A model generated the notes under the pieces. The model was not told the origin of the DNA, ran no database searches, and worked only from the letters and a program-made list of their open reading frames with translations. 64,000 nucleotides of DNA from Eledone cirrhosa (Eukaryota): positions 76,694,001-76,758,000 of the forward strand of contig OZ024745.1 in assembly GCA_964016885.1 (NCBI GenBank), given 5' to 3'. Made by a program: the position numbers and the translations under genes. Numbering within the stretch: position 1 is the first letter of the stretch; each line of letters opens with the position of its first letter. Below are positions 13,290 through 25,885 of this stretch, piece after piece.

Positions 13290-13950
13290 GTTTTTATTTA
13301 TCGTTATTGACTATAATATCCAGTCGGGTGGCTTTGATCTCCCTATAAGTGTATATTGACATATCCCAGAGTATGCTTGCTTTGTCATTCTCTGACGCCT
13401 TTTCTGGTGTAGGGTTGTACCCCCATTTTTTCTGATGTAATTTTAGTGTTAACATAACTTCTTGTGTATGTAAATTACAACTCTATCATATCTGTAGATA
13501 CATTCCCTTTTCGCTAAGACTGGGCAGCCACAGGTAGTGTGGCTAATTGTTCCGTTCCCGCCTCACATATTCTGCAGTTACTTACTGTGTTCATTGTGTA
13601 TTTTTTATGGTTTTTGGTGGGGAGGCTTTGAAATTGTGCTGCAATTAGAAATCCTCCAGTTTCTGCTTTTCGTCCGGCACTTATATTTTGCTTGTCCACG
13701 TCCTGCCTATTCAGCTTTTGAGGATATTGGCTATGTAAGGCTTATTTTTCTATCATCATTTGGCATCCTGAAGGCCTATTTTCAATTGAGATTTTATTTT
13801 TCTCAATTTCTGTTATTTTTTCTTTGTTTCGAATTTTTTGTTGTTCATATTTCATGGCTATTTTTGTTAACTTTCCATTATTCTTCATTAGATACGTTGT
13901 ATACAACAGGGTTTATTTTATAAATAGTTTTCAAGGTAGCAAAGTAAGTT
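13290..13950 (-). mobile_element. Degenerate RLE-type LINE relic
   Basis: FLIAAQFQSLPTKNHKK...CRICEAGTE matches the pre-knuckle and knuckle region of R4-like elements. Confidence 0.6.
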
Positions 13951-15563
13951 TTTTATGACTGCTTCCATTACTTTGCGATACCGAAAGTATGAATATACTT
14001 TGCTTTTTTAAAGGTAGTCTTACAGATGTAAGCAAATTCTTCCAGTTCGTAATAGTGCTGGCTTTCTCAAGATTAAACCACCCCTGTTTATTCTAGGTTA
14101 TAGTAGAACTTTGTTGTGTGGGTGATGTGGAGACATATATCTGGAGAAATGGTTTAGTTAACCACTTATTTCAGCTGAAGTTGTCCTAGAACTGGTGAAG
14201 CTTTGACCAGTTACCAAGTTTAACATACTAGAAGGTTCGTGGCAGGGAGTGTCGTGTGGTAGAAGTAAAATAGTAATAAGGTTCTAGTGAGCTAATTTCA
14301 AACATAATTCCAGTTCCAGTTTGGAGTAATTTCCCTTTCTTCCTACTTAAAGTAGATGTAGAAACTAGTATGAATGACAAACCTTCCTACTTCCATGTTC
14401 TAAAATTGTGTCTCACCTTTAGGATTTCCCCATAGCCCTTGAAGATGCATGAACTTCATCGGCATAACTTATCTTTCTAACTCTGCAAATTCTCAATAAC
14501 TGGACACATTACAGCACTTTACTTTTACTTCCATCATGGGTTAGTACCATTAGGGAGAGTATTAAACAATAAAATATCACTTCTAGTAATTCTTACATTT
14601 TTTTCACAGATCTGGTGAAACTATACTAAGATTGAAATATGATATAAAATGTTTACGAAAATATATGTACATTCATGTACTCAGTTCTGATTGGACATAA
14701 TGATTAAATTGTGTCCAAATAAATACTAGGACTTGTTAAAGAATTGTTCATCAACCTACCATGTTTCCGTTTCATTTTATTCTCTTCTTATCTTTTCACT
14801 TTAATCCCCTAAGTATGACAGGATCAAAAGAGCAATCTCATACCCTTCTTTATTAAGTAAACTGAATACAAGCTTTGCATCAATAAAACAGACACGTTTC
14901 AACATACAGCCATTTGCTTGATTACTTCGATTCTTAGTTATTGTGTGTCAATCTCAGCTGAAAACTTTGAGAATAATGCATGCATCTAAAATACTAGTGA
15001 TTCAACTAGAGATTAAAACTGCCTTATAATTATGGTTTACTAAAGCTTACTTCTTGTTTTATAGTACCCTCCCTTAAAATTTAAAATATTGGTTTCTTTT
15101 CACAAAACACTAGATTCATGTTATTTCCATATAGATTATTGATGTAAGAAAATGAAAATAATTTTGTGAGAGTTATGAATAGATAACTTGAGTGGTAAGT
15201 GGATCCTCATATGTATTTTATTATATACGTGGAATAAAATGCAAATTTCGTCTTGGTATGGTTTAGACTTTGAATATAAAAAGATGAAATCAGTTACTAT
15301 AGGGTGTACAGTCCGACAAGTTTGATATTTTTACCATTCCACTGATCTTCCTAAATTTGAAGTATTTATGTCAAGAAAATATATATATTTCAATTGAATT
15401 TGTAGACAAAAGGATTTGATGTAAAAAGTAGTTCAAAACCAACTTACCCGACTGTGAGACTGGACAATGTTAATAATTCCAAATGTGAAATCCAGGTACA
15501 CAAGGATAGCTTTTATAGCAGAGTTGTATCTGCAAACGTTCTCAGAAGAGATTAAAAGATTGT

Positions 15564-15606
<43 letters not shown>

Positions 15607-16264
15607 GAGAGAGAGGGGGAAATTAACTGAGTGACTTGCAGAAAGTTCTTTTGTAGAGTGGCAACTTCAAATTCACATAAGTGTTTAGAGCAAATGTTGT
15701 AAATAAATACATTTTATTTGCTTTCTGCATGGTATTGTTATAATGATCAACAAATTTCGATTGACCTAAGAATTAGCTGTCTCAAGATACAGAAACTTGT
15801 ATCCTTATGTTTAAATTATAATGGCTGTAATAATAACAAATAATAAACACAGCAAAACGTGACGTAAGGAAATCGATAACGAGAGAATAAAATTAATAAT
15901 ACATACATCTTATTTAAAAATATTTTTTTTATTATTAGGATTATTAATACAATAAGTGTTTCATTCTCCTTGAGTAAAGACATTTGGGACTTTACCCTGT
16001 TCACTTCATAAAGTTGTCATATGTAAAGATGGTGGTAGGTTATAAATCGGATATAAAGGTTCATAAATTTCAACATGAAATTGTACTTGAACTCAAGTGA
16101 TTCATAAAAAAGGTTTATAGCCTTTGTACAGACGTGTAGCCAAAGAAAAAAAAAAGAGGAAACATCGAGGTATTAAATGTTTTATAACTTTTAAAAGCAG
16201 ATTATATTATCAAAATTATATCGTGAAATATGTATATATATTCAATATATATATATATTCGAAA

Positions 16265-16820
16265 CACCCTACAGACAGAAATCAGGAACAGCCATGGCAA
16301 CCATGACGCCAAGATATGCCAACTTAGTCATGGGATACCATGAACTAAAAAATCTACGAAAAAGCTTCAAACATTTATGAGAATACCTTCCGTTGCTATA
16401 TAAAAGAAAACTGGAAAAGATATCTGGATGACATTCCACTTAACCTAGCTAAACAAATCTGCACAATAGTTTCAAACACAACAAGGGACCACAGACTAGA
16501 GGAGATGAAAGATATACTCATCAAGAGAAAATACCCTTTAATATAATCAACGATAGCATTCAAAAAGCAAGAAAAAAAAAAATTAATATTCAAGTCCCCC
16601 TAAAAACAAAACCCAAAATGGAAGAAAAAGTCATACCATACATCTCAATCTTTAACCCCCAAAATACAGAACTCTATACACACATACAACTAAACATGCC
16701 TATACTACAAAAAAGACAAACAAAATGAAAAATCTCTTACAAAAATATATTATTGTTAAGAGTAAACGACAGCCGAAATCATAAAAAAAAAAAATACTGA
16801 CAAGGGCAGATCTGCAAACC
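16265..16820 (+). mobile_element. Degenerate Penelope-like RT relic
   Basis: ggaacagccatgg...gccaagatatgccaacttagtcatgggatacc (GTAM..P.YANLVMGY) and tggaaaagatatctggatgacatt (WKRYLDDI), with many frameshifts. Confidence 0.7.
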
Positions 16821-17241
16821 CCAAATATGGTGTGTTTTTACACCAATTGGTACGGTTATTAGCGACTGTAGTGTACAGAGGGTTAATAATAAGCAGGCTG
16901 AAACAAAGTATCAACATTGCATATACATATTTTATTCAAACATGACACGTGGTTCATTGTCGATCAACTCGAGGTACGGTCGATCACGATCTAACCCGAC
17001 TCTGTAATCGATAGCTCCTCGGGTATGTGAGACGTTATGTGTAAATACTTACATCCAAATGGGATTGAAAATTGTAGGCAACCTTTTTATAAATGTGGCT
17101 TAGAGTGGAGGTGTTATTTGCCTATTTAGCCACAACCACACCAAGAGGAAGAACAACATTAACAGTAAGTAGAGCAGAGGCGAAGGGTGCGTGCATGCAA
17201 CGCATGCAGTGCATGCGTTATAGAATCTTTAGTTGATTAAT

Positions 17242-17306
17242 TGCGTCGGTTGAAGCAAGCAGAATTTTGGCTGCTTACTAAATCGTAGACACATAAAAAG
17301 ATAACA

Positions 17307-17347
<41 letters not shown>

Positions 17348-17445
17348 ACACACATACACGCAAACACACGACAGCGTCGGTTGAAGCAAGCAGAATGTTG
17401 GCTGCTTACTAAACCGTAGACACATAAAAAGATAACACACGCACA
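17242..17445. repeat. ~70-bp direct repeat (2 copies) separated by a CA microsatellite
   Basis: gcgtcggttgaagcaagcagaat.ttggctgcttactaaa.cgtagacacataaaaagataacac occurs at about 17242 and 17374. Confidence 0.85.
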
Positions 17446-17611
17446 CACTAGATAACACTACATGCGGCTTTGACCAAGAGGGTCATTTAGAGGGAATTGG
17501 CGGGGGGCGGGGGTAAGACTGCACACAGCCCCACTTTCCGCCATAGCGATTGGACTGCATGCCCTGCTTTCCAGGTTACCCTTCGCCACTGAAGTAGAGA
17601 TAAGTAGATTT

Positions 17612-18885
17612 AATAAATGAAAGAGAGCCGAGCGGACTAGTCGGGTGTATTGATAAACTGGCCATAGAAACCATACATCGTCATAGGGTGGCGTAAGAGA
17701 TGAAAGAGAGGCGAGCGAACTAGTCGGGCGGTTTGATAAACTGACGATAGAAACCATAGTCATAGGGTGGTGTAAGAGATGAAAGAGAGCCGAGCGGACT
17801 AGTCAGGCGTGTGGATAAACTGACCATAGAAACCATAGTCATAGGGTGGTGTAAGAGATGAAAGAAAGCCGAGCGGACTAGTCGGGCGGTTTGATAAACT
17901 GACCATAGAAACCATAGTCATAGGGTGGCGTAAGAGATGAAAGAGAGTCGAGCGGACTAGTCGGGCGGTTTGATAAACTGACGATAGAAACCATAGTCAT
18001 AGGGTGGTGTAAGAGATGAAAGAGAGCCGAGCGGACTAGTCGGGCGGTTTGATAAACTGACGATAGAAACCATAGTCATAGGGTGGTGTAAGAGATGAAA
18101 GAGAGCCGAGCGGACTAGTCGGGCGGTTTGATAAACTGACGATAGAAACCATAGTCATAGGGTGGTGTAAGAGATGAAAGAGAGCCGAGCGGACTAGTCG
18201 GGCGGTTTGATAAACTGACCATAGAAACCATAGTCATAGGGTGGTGTAAGAGATGAAAGAGAGGCGAGCGAACTAGACGGTCGGTTTGATAAACTGACCA
18301 TAGAAACCATAGTCATAGGGTGGCGTAAGAGATGAAAGAGAGCCGAGCCGACTAGTCGGGCGGTTTGATAAACTGACGATAGAAACCATAGTCATAGGGT
18401 GGTGTAAGAGATTAAAGAGAGCCGAGCCGACTCGTCGGGCGGTTTGATAAACTGACCATAGAAACCATAGTCATAGGGTGGTGTAAGAGATGAAAGAGAG
18501 CCGAGCGGACTAGTCGGGCGGTTTGATAAACTGACGATAGAAACCATAGTCATAGGGTGGTGTAAGAGATGAAAGAGAGCCGAGCGGACTAGTCGGGCGG
18601 TTTGATAAACTGACGATAGAAACCATAGTCATAGGGTGGCGTAAGAGATGAAAGAGAGCCGAGCGGACTAGTCGGGCGGTTTGATAAACTAACCATAGAA
18701 ACCAGACATAGGGTGGCGTAAGAGGTGAAAGAGAGCCGAGCGGACTAGTCGGGCGGTTTGATAAACTGACCATAGAAACCAGACATAGGGTGGCGTAAGA
18801 GGTGAAAGAGAGCCGAGCGGACTAGTCGGGCGGTTTGATAAACTGACCATAGAAACCAGACATAGTCATAGGGTGGCGTAAGAGT
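17612..18885. repeat. 79-bp tandem repeat array (~16 copies)
   Basis: Unit gagatgaaagagagccgagcggactagtcgggcggtttgataaactgac(g/c)atagaaaccatagtcatagggtgg(t/c)gtaa. The anchor gagatgaaag occurs at 18013 and 18171, two units of 79 bp apart. Confidence 0.95.
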
Positions 18886-19595
18886 TGTTGGAAGTGTTTT
18901 ATTATCAGGTCCATTTGTGTCGATTATCTATGTGTTGCCAAGACCACCACACCTTGTTTAGGTTTAGTGGTGAGATAGTAACTACAGCAACAACATCAAA
19001 CAGGGCACCGACCACAGGTCTGTGTTACCGAAGACAACATCAATACCAACATTGACAACATCAGCACCACCGTCACCAACAGCAAGAGCAACAAGAACAA
19101 CGACAATAGATGGGACAAGGGTATTGCTAATTGCCGGAATAAGGAGCAGAGCATTTAGCTGGTGGAGATGTTGACGGCGGACCCATCAACAACAAACACC
19201 AACAAACCAGCAACCCAGACCACTACCACAACATCAACAAGAGCAACAACTACAACTGCCCCGACACCATTGCCACGCTTCCCATCAGGTTGTTGGTTGC
19301 ACAACAGCACCATCTCTGACCATGTTAGTAGACGTGCTGAAGCACTGGACGTGTGTTACAATAAAGAAATTCATTAAAAAGATTAAATTAAAATAAAATA
19401 CGGACAGTGATAGGTTGTGTTGGATGCACCGGTTGTTATGCGCATGACCAGATTTAGACATTTGGGGGCCCGGGGCAGTTCAGGTGTGGTGGGTCCTTCA
19501 TATAACATCATACACAGTTACACACACACACATACATACGTGCGCACACGCACACACACACACACACACGCACTCACACACACTCACTCACTCAC

Positions 19596-19629
<34 letters not shown>

Positions 19630-19734
19630 TGGGGAGCTCCAAGCCTCCAGGCAAGAGATATAAACAGAGATAGAGAGAGAAAAGATAAGGCTCTGTGTTT
19701 TCGATGTGACAGAAAGAGGTCGGATAGTATAATA

Positions 19735-19925
19735 ATTGTTTCTACTTTTGGCACAAGGCCAGCAATTACCCAGTGTATTACTGGTACTTTATTTTATCGA
19801 CCCCATAAAGATGAAAGGCAAAGTTAACCTCGGCGGGATTTGAACTCAGAATGGCAAGGGCCGTAACTCTATGCGTCAAAGCATGGCGTCCGACCCTCTA
19901 CCGATACTGCCAATCCACCATCAGA
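19735..19925 (-). mobile_element. SINE family 1 copy
   Basis: Near-identical to the copies at 34000-34185, 41130-41320 and 46685-46860. Confidence 0.85.
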
Positions 19926-20114
19926 TAGTATAATAATAATTGTGTGTGTGTGTAAATCCGGTTCATCCGAAGCGTTTTGGAAATTTGATATTTGAAAATG
20001 CAGTGGCTCCATGCAGTTAACTGAAAGAAATGGACCTCCGTCTGTTTCGACGATGAATGCTCCATTTGTTCCATCAACGGTACATCCCACTCATGAAATC
20101 AACGTGTAAATGTC

Positions 20115-20380
20115 TGATCATTCCACAGACACGTGTACCATAAACGCAATTTCCAAAGAGATTTAGAGTGATACACTCTATGACAAGGCTGGTCCTTTTA
20201 ATTTACGCGTACCGTTCAATCGACAAGCTTCCAAACAGGTTTCGTCTATTCAGTTTCACATGGCATGGGTCGACCTGAGGCCATGGTAAATAAAACTTAC
20301 CCAAGATGCCACGCATTGGGAACGAATACGAGATCAAATGATTGAGAAGCGAACTTCTTAACCATTCTGCCATGCTCCCT
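20115..20380 (-). mobile_element. Degenerate tRNA-derived SINE family 3
   Basis: Minus-strand head ggagcatggcagaatggttaagaagttcgcttctcaa... is tRNA A-box-like. A related copy lies at about 52160-52292. Confidence 0.55.
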
Positions 20381-20439
20381 CTAGTAGATAACTATAATGA
20401 TAGTTTTTGACCAAAAATAGTAATTGATAGATCGGGTAA

Positions 20440-20470
<31 letters not shown>

Positions 20471-20600
20471 ACCCCATGAGTTAGAAGTCTCCGTCCATAT
20501 TTTTTCCGTCTTCGGGGGTGCTTTGCCCGATTATTTTTGAACAATTATTTCTGGCAATCAACTAGCATACACACATACACACACACGCACGCACGCACGC

Positions 20601-20631
<31 letters not shown>

Positions 20632-21194
20632 CTTACATATATATTTATATTTCGTACTTGTGTATCTAACACGTTTATATATATATATGCATACAGTTTA
20701 ACGTAGCTACTTGACCAGATATAGACACTTATGCATTCTAATGTCCAACATAACAGAAAGCAGCACGATCACCACCATTACTCACACACAGAAGCACACA
20801 TATATATACCTGTATGTGCGTATGTGTCTGTATGTATACGACCATATATGCACACTCTCACAAAACGCTGCAGTGATTGTTAACATCAATAAGAAAGAAT
20901 ATAGCTAAATCTGGCAAATGACTTGATATGTGAAAATATCTCACTTTTCCTGTATCTCTATGATACCTGACATTCGTCTTCTATTTATAAATAACATTTC
21001 CTGAATTATTAGAATTCATGCCATCCTGAGATTTACCCTTCATTTAGTAATAATACTTGTAACTGCTTTATTGCATCGAACATTTCGATTTAGTTCACTT
21101 TTGGTGTTCTGCCATTCCATATACCCAAACTAACAGATCAAAATACAGCCATATCCTCCCACCGTAACCCTTAGATTGAAATAAGGAATGTAAT

Positions 21195-22050
21195 AATGGT
21201 TTCTAGTTTAGGCACAAGGCCAGCAATTTTAAGGGAGGGAAAAATCCATTAAATTGACCCCAGTGCATTACTGGTGCTTTATTTTATCGACCCCATAACG
21301 ATGAAAAGCAAAGCCAACCTCGGCAGGATTTGAACTCAGGACGTAAAGGGCCGTAACTCTATGCCACTCAGTATGGTGTCCAACACTCTACCGATACTGA
21401 CAATCCGCCGCCCTCGATAAGGAATTTAGTAATACATGTTAGCAATGACATAAGACCTCAGATTTGTAATACATATTTGAAGTTATTCACAACAGCCCAG
21501 TACTTGGCTATTAAGTATATACCTTAGAAAGATGAGCGGCAAATATTAAATATTGTACTCTGCACAATTTAAAAGAAAAATTGCAAAGGAATGTAACTAA
21601 ATAACACCAGATATTTTTCTGTTGCTCCACCGATTGTAATATTTATTAATCTCTCTTGAATTTAGTAAGGGTTTCTAATTTAAGCAAAAGAGTAACAGTT
21701 TGTGAGGGAAGGGAACGCCTATAATATCGACACCAGCACTTGACTGATACTTTAAGTTACTGACCCTAAAAGGATCAGAGGCAAAGTTGATCTTGGCAGG
21801 ATTTGAACTGAGAACGTAAAGGGTCGGAATCTGAAGGTTGATAATAAAATCTCACCTATGAACAATGTCAGAAATTTCAGGAGAGGGGTACAGCCGATTA
21901 TATCATCACATGTATATAACTGCTACTTTATTTATTGATCCTGAAAGGATGAAAGGCAAAGTTAACTTTGCTGAGATTTAAACTCTGAATGTAACGAGCG
22001 AAAATAAATAATGTGAGGCATTTTGTACCAAATTCTAACGTTTCTATCAA
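21195..22050 (-). mobile_element. Cluster of three SINE family 1 copies of differing age
   Basis: Repeated aaggcaaagt..ac.t.g...gatttgaact cores at about 21300, 21780 and 21955. Confidence 0.7.
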
Positions 22051-22156
22051 TCTAATATCCTTCTGGTACGATTAATGATAGCAGAACAGATTTAACTAGA
22101 TAACTAGATACAGAAATATAGATTTATAAGTCAAATAGAAGTAATATCTCTATTTG

Positions 22157-22200
<44 letters not shown>

Positions 22201-22414
22201 TTCTTTATTTACCATAAAGGCATAAAAAGAAGGGACAAATACAAAGGGGGAGTTTACATATAATCGAGTAAAAAGGGTGTAACATGAAAATAATCGAAAA
22301 TAACCTCAAAAGGGAGGGGACGTGATGGGGGTTGCACACACCCCCGAAAAAGTGTGCAATCCTTTGCCCGGGGAGCACATGGAGAAGGTGCTCCCCTCTC
22401 CTTTACTTCTTTAC

Positions 22415-25400
22415 CTACAGGATGGTATACAGAGAAGGCCCATTTACACGAGCCATTCTCGCCACTATCACCCACCTTTCATAAAACTGCCTGTGGCCAA
22501 GCACCTCTCTCTCCATTCTTATCCTTCTTCCGAAGTGATATCGGAAGAAGTAGACCAGACTATGGCTAGAGAGGAAGTTGCCTGACCTCAGACCTTTCAA
22601 TCGTGTCCACCAAACAACCTCTTTCAACATGGCTATTACGCACAGAAAAACCGCCTTTGCTTCCTTTGTGAAGAGGGGAGGCGGTTTGATTGTCATCACG
22701 GACTCGGCGGTCAATTTAATCGGCGCCACCCGCGACAGCAGTTGTTCGGCGTAGCCCCACAGATCAGCCACGCCCGGACATTGCACCAATGCGTGCGCCA
22801 CGGTTTCTTCGTGACGCACGCATCTAGGGCAAATCTTTTTTGAGGGATCCCTGCCCGGGCGCCCGTGTCTGTAGAGCCTCTCTCGAACGGGTAGAGCCCC
22901 TCGGTAGCACTGCCAGGCCAGTGACTTCTGGAAGTTGTCCATTGGTCCTGGGCCGAAAGTCCTACCGAACAGGCTGGCCAGTTCGTCTTCTTCCATGTCC
23001 AGCGACTCTCCAAGGGTGTCATCGCCCCTGCTAGCCACCAGCCCTCTATAGAATGATGAGGTGGATTCTCCACCGATGGCCCGGCCCGCTTGCCAGAGAG
23101 CCCTGAGCGCCTGAGCACACTCAGTGTGCCAGTCTCCCAGTTTTCCGGATCTTTGTTTGACCCAGGACTGTAGCTCGGTGAGTGAGACGAGTCTCGGAAA
23201 GGCTCGTTTCACGAACGGGGCCCACACCGGTTGACCAGTGAGGAATACCTGTAGGTGCCGTAGCCTTAATGCGTGCCTACGCATCATCAACCACGGCATC
23301 CCCAGCCCTCCTTTCGAAGGTTGTTGGCAGCAGATGGATCTTCTCACCATAGGAGGACGCTTCTTCCAAAGAAATTGGAAGAGCATGCGTTCCATGGTGG
23401 TGAGTGTTTCCTTAGGGCAAGGCACGACAGTCAGGCGGTAGTAAGTGACGGACGCTATGTAAATGTTCGCCACCTCCGCCCGGCCTTTTAGGGACAGCTT
23501 ACACTTGGCCCATTTCTGGGTTAGTGCAAACACCTTGTTCGTAACCTCGTTCCAGTTCTTTTCCACCTGGAGGTCCGGTCCAAACCAGACCCCAAGCAAC
23601 TTTACCGGGCCCTCCGTCCAGTGTCCGACGACACCGTCAGGAGGCATCGGTTTGCCTCTCCACGTTCCGAGTTGCAGCCCGATGGATTTTTCCCGGTTCA
23701 GTTTCGCTCCTGACAACCTTTCGTACTCCTCCAGTAAGGTACCGATCGCCTCGATCTCCGAGTCGGTTGATACCATTACTGTTACGTCATCGGCGTAGGC
23801 CGACACCGCTTTGCTCAATCCTGGTTCCAGGGGGATACCCTGCAACAACTCCAACTTCCTCAGTAAAGGCTCGAGAGTCAATACGTACAGAAGGGAGGAG
23901 AGAGGGCACCCCTGTCGAATGGATCGTGTGATTTCGAACGGCTTCGAAAGGTAGCCGTTCACCTTGATCCTAGAACAGATGTGGTTGCTATGTAGGGCAG
24001 TGATCCAGCCTCTGAAAACAGGACCGAACCCAGCCGCCGCTAGCACCGCATCCAGGTAACCATGGTCGACCCTATCGAAGGCCTTAGACTGATCCAAGTT
24101 GATCAGGGCCCCACCGAAGCCGGGTTTGTTGCCAACCCTCTCTATGATGTATCGCATGAGGTGGAGGTTATCGTGAATGGACCTGGATGGGATAGCACAT
24201 GTCTGCGCATCTCCCACCAGGCCACCCACGACAAGCGCCAACCTCTTTGCTAACACCTTGGCCAAAATCTTTAACTCTGTGTTTAGCAGGGTTATGGGCC
24301 GAAAATTATTTATACTATCCCCCTTTTTCTCGTCCTTCCTCACCAGCGTGACTACGCCCTTGGCTACAGAACAAGGAATTCTCCCGTTCTGCTGCCAATT
24401 GCAGTAGACCGCTTCGAGGAGTTCGGAGAAGAAGACCGGCATTGCTAAATAAAGTTCGTAAGGTATACCATCGAGACCTGGAGATTTGTGTCTGCTGCAT
24501 TGGCTCAGCGCATCTCCGATCTCATCAGCCGAGATTGGTCCCTCGCAGGACTCTGCCTCTTTGTTCGAGAGACGCGGCAGGCCGTCGAGGTATGGACCGA
24601 AATCCACGCCCCGGCCCGGACCCTCGCCTCCCCCGAACAATCGGGCAAAGTGCTTTTGAAAGGCCTCGCACATCTGCTTAGGCTCCCGGATCACTCGTCC
24701 ATCTTCGTCTTGCAACGACCGGATGGTGGATCGATTTCCACTTTTAGCTTCTGTCACGCGGGCCCATCCAACGGCTTTGGCCCCCTCATTACCTAGAGCA
24801 CGTATTTTACTTCGAATGACGCAGCCTTCATGCTTTGCATCGAAAAACTGGTTCAAGGCCGTCCTCGATGCCAGCACTCTGGCCACATCTTCGCTCTTGA
24901 TTGCCTCTTCTAATTTACCTGTTAATTCTTTCTCGTTTCTATTCCTATTGGCAGCTAACATCTTGCTATAACTTATTGATTCTGTTCTAATCTCTCTTTT
25001 GAGAGATGCCCACCATCGGTTGTTGACGATTGCACCCGTCAACCTCTCCTTAACTAATCTGCTAATCCGGTTTCTGTAAGCCTCTTTTGCCGGTAAAGAC
25101 AAATTAAGTTTCCAGTAACCGGGACCCTGTCTATGTGTTTTCTCGAGATTGACCACGCAGGTCACTAATTTGTGATCCGTGTAGCCAACCGTGCGCATTT
25201 CTGGACAGCTTAATATGTCCCTATCCTTACTTCTAACTAAGAATCTATCTAAGTACGATCTAGATTGACCACTGTGGTTTCTCCAAGTCCAGGTAGGCAC
25301 AGTTGGAAAATCTAGTCGATATCTATCGACCAAGTTAAAACGGTCGAGTAACCCCTTGAGGCTGTTACACCCCCCTCTATTAGGACATGCTCCTGCATAG

Positions 25401-25852
25401 TCCCAACGTGCATCTAGGATGTCATTCCAATCCCCCGCTAGAAGCAGGGAACGCGACGTTCCCAGAAAAGTCTCCAAACGCTGGAAGAAGTCGGGCCGTT
25501 CAGCTCCGAAAGGGGAGTAGACGGCGACCAGTCTCAAGGCCGCACTTTCACTACTGCCAACGTCTAGCACCAACAAACGACCCTCCGGGTCCGAGTGCAC
25601 AACCTGTACGGCAAGACCCAGGTGTTTTTGCAGCAGCACGACAACCCCACCCCCACCTCCAGGTTGACAGAGAGATGCATGCACCTCAAAGTCATCGAAG
25701 GTGGGGGCCAGCTGCCGCATGACGCTGATTCGAGTCTCACAGATAACCATTACATTTATACTACATGACCTGAGGTCATTTAGAAGCTTTGCTTGCTTCC
25801 AAGTTGAGCCCAGGCCACGTGCATTCAAACATCCTACTCTTAACACATCCAT
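22415..25852 (-). CDS. Tx1-like ORF2: APE endonuclease + reverse transcriptase + C-terminal zinc finger
   Basis: APE motifs LNARGL, ICET, GDWN, YLDRFL, TDHK. Linker GPGYWKLN. RT motifs SPGLDG, FRPITLLN, LDQSKAFDRV, RQGCPLS, YADD. C-terminal CPRC..EETVAHALVQC. Confidence 0.95.
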   Translation of the reverse strand: MDVLRVGCLNARGLGSTWKQAKLLNDLRSCSINVMVICETRISVMRQLAPTFDDFEVHASLCQPGGGGGVVVLLQKHLGLAVQVVHSDPEGRLLVLDVGSSESAALRLVAVYSPFGAERPDFFQRLETFLGTSRSLLLAGDWNDILDARWDYAGACPNRGGCNSLKGLLDRFNLVDRYRLDFPTVPTWTWRNHSGQSRSYLDRFLVRSKDRDILSCPEMRTVGYTDHKLVTCVVNLEKTHRQGPGYWKLNLSLPAKEAYRNRISRLVKERLTGAIVNNRWWASLKREIRTESISYSKMLAANRNRNEKELTGKLEEAIKSEDVARVLASRTALNQFFDAKHEGCVIRSKIRALGNEGAKAVGWARVTEAKSGNRSTIRSLQDEDGRVIREPKQMCEAFQKHFARLFGGGEGPGRGVDFGPYLDGLPRLSNKEAESCEGPISADEIGDALSQCSRHKSPGLDGIPYELYLAMPVFFSELLEAVYCNWQQNGRIPCSVAKGVVTLVRKDEKKGDSINNFRPITLLNTELKILAKVLAKRLALVVGGLVGDAQTCAIPSRSIHDNLHLMRYIIERVGNKPGFGGALINLDQSKAFDRVDHGYLDAVLAAAGFGPVFRGWITALHSNHICSRIKVNGYLSKPFEITRSIRQGCPLSSLLYVLTLEPLLRKLELLQGIPLEPGLSKAVSAYADDVTVMVSTDSEIEAIGTLLEEYERLSGAKLNREKSIGLQLGTWRGKPMPPDGVVGHWTEGPVKLLGVWFGPDLQVEKNWNEVTNKVFALTQKWAKCKLSLKGRAEVANIYIASVTYYRLTVVPCPKETLTTMERMLFQFLWKKRPPMVRRSICCQQPSKGGLGMPWLMMRRHALRLRHLQVFLTGQPVWAPFVKRAFPRLVSLTELQSWVKQRSGKLGDWHTECAQALRALWQAGRAIGGESTSSFYRGLVASRGDDTLGESLDMEEDELASLFGRTFGPGPMDNFQKSLAWQCYRGALPVRERLYRHGRPGRDPSKKICPRCVRHEETVAHALVQCPGVADLWGYAEQLLSRVAPIKLTAESVMTIKPPPLFTKEAKAVFLCVIAMLKEVVWWTRLKGLRSGNFLSSHSLVYFFRYHFGRRIRMEREVLGHRQFYERWVIVARMARVNGPSLYTIL

Positions 25853-25885
25853 GTGGGCGGCAGAGCCAAAGGAGAGTGTAAAGAC

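Noticed and set aside
15975-16060. Candidate 5'UTR exon donor (CAGG|GTAAAG, minus) and TATA-like sequence for the tyrosinase gene
   Set aside because: Such motifs are frequent by chance in AT-rich DNA and cannot be supported without transcript data.
17612-18885. Hammerhead-like words in each 79-bp unit (CTGACGA-TA-GAAAC-CATA-GTC), and a superficial CRISPR-like look
   Set aside because: There is no helix II and no helix I pairing, and many units read CTGACCA, which breaks the core. There are no unique spacers or cas genes, so it is a plain tandem repeat.
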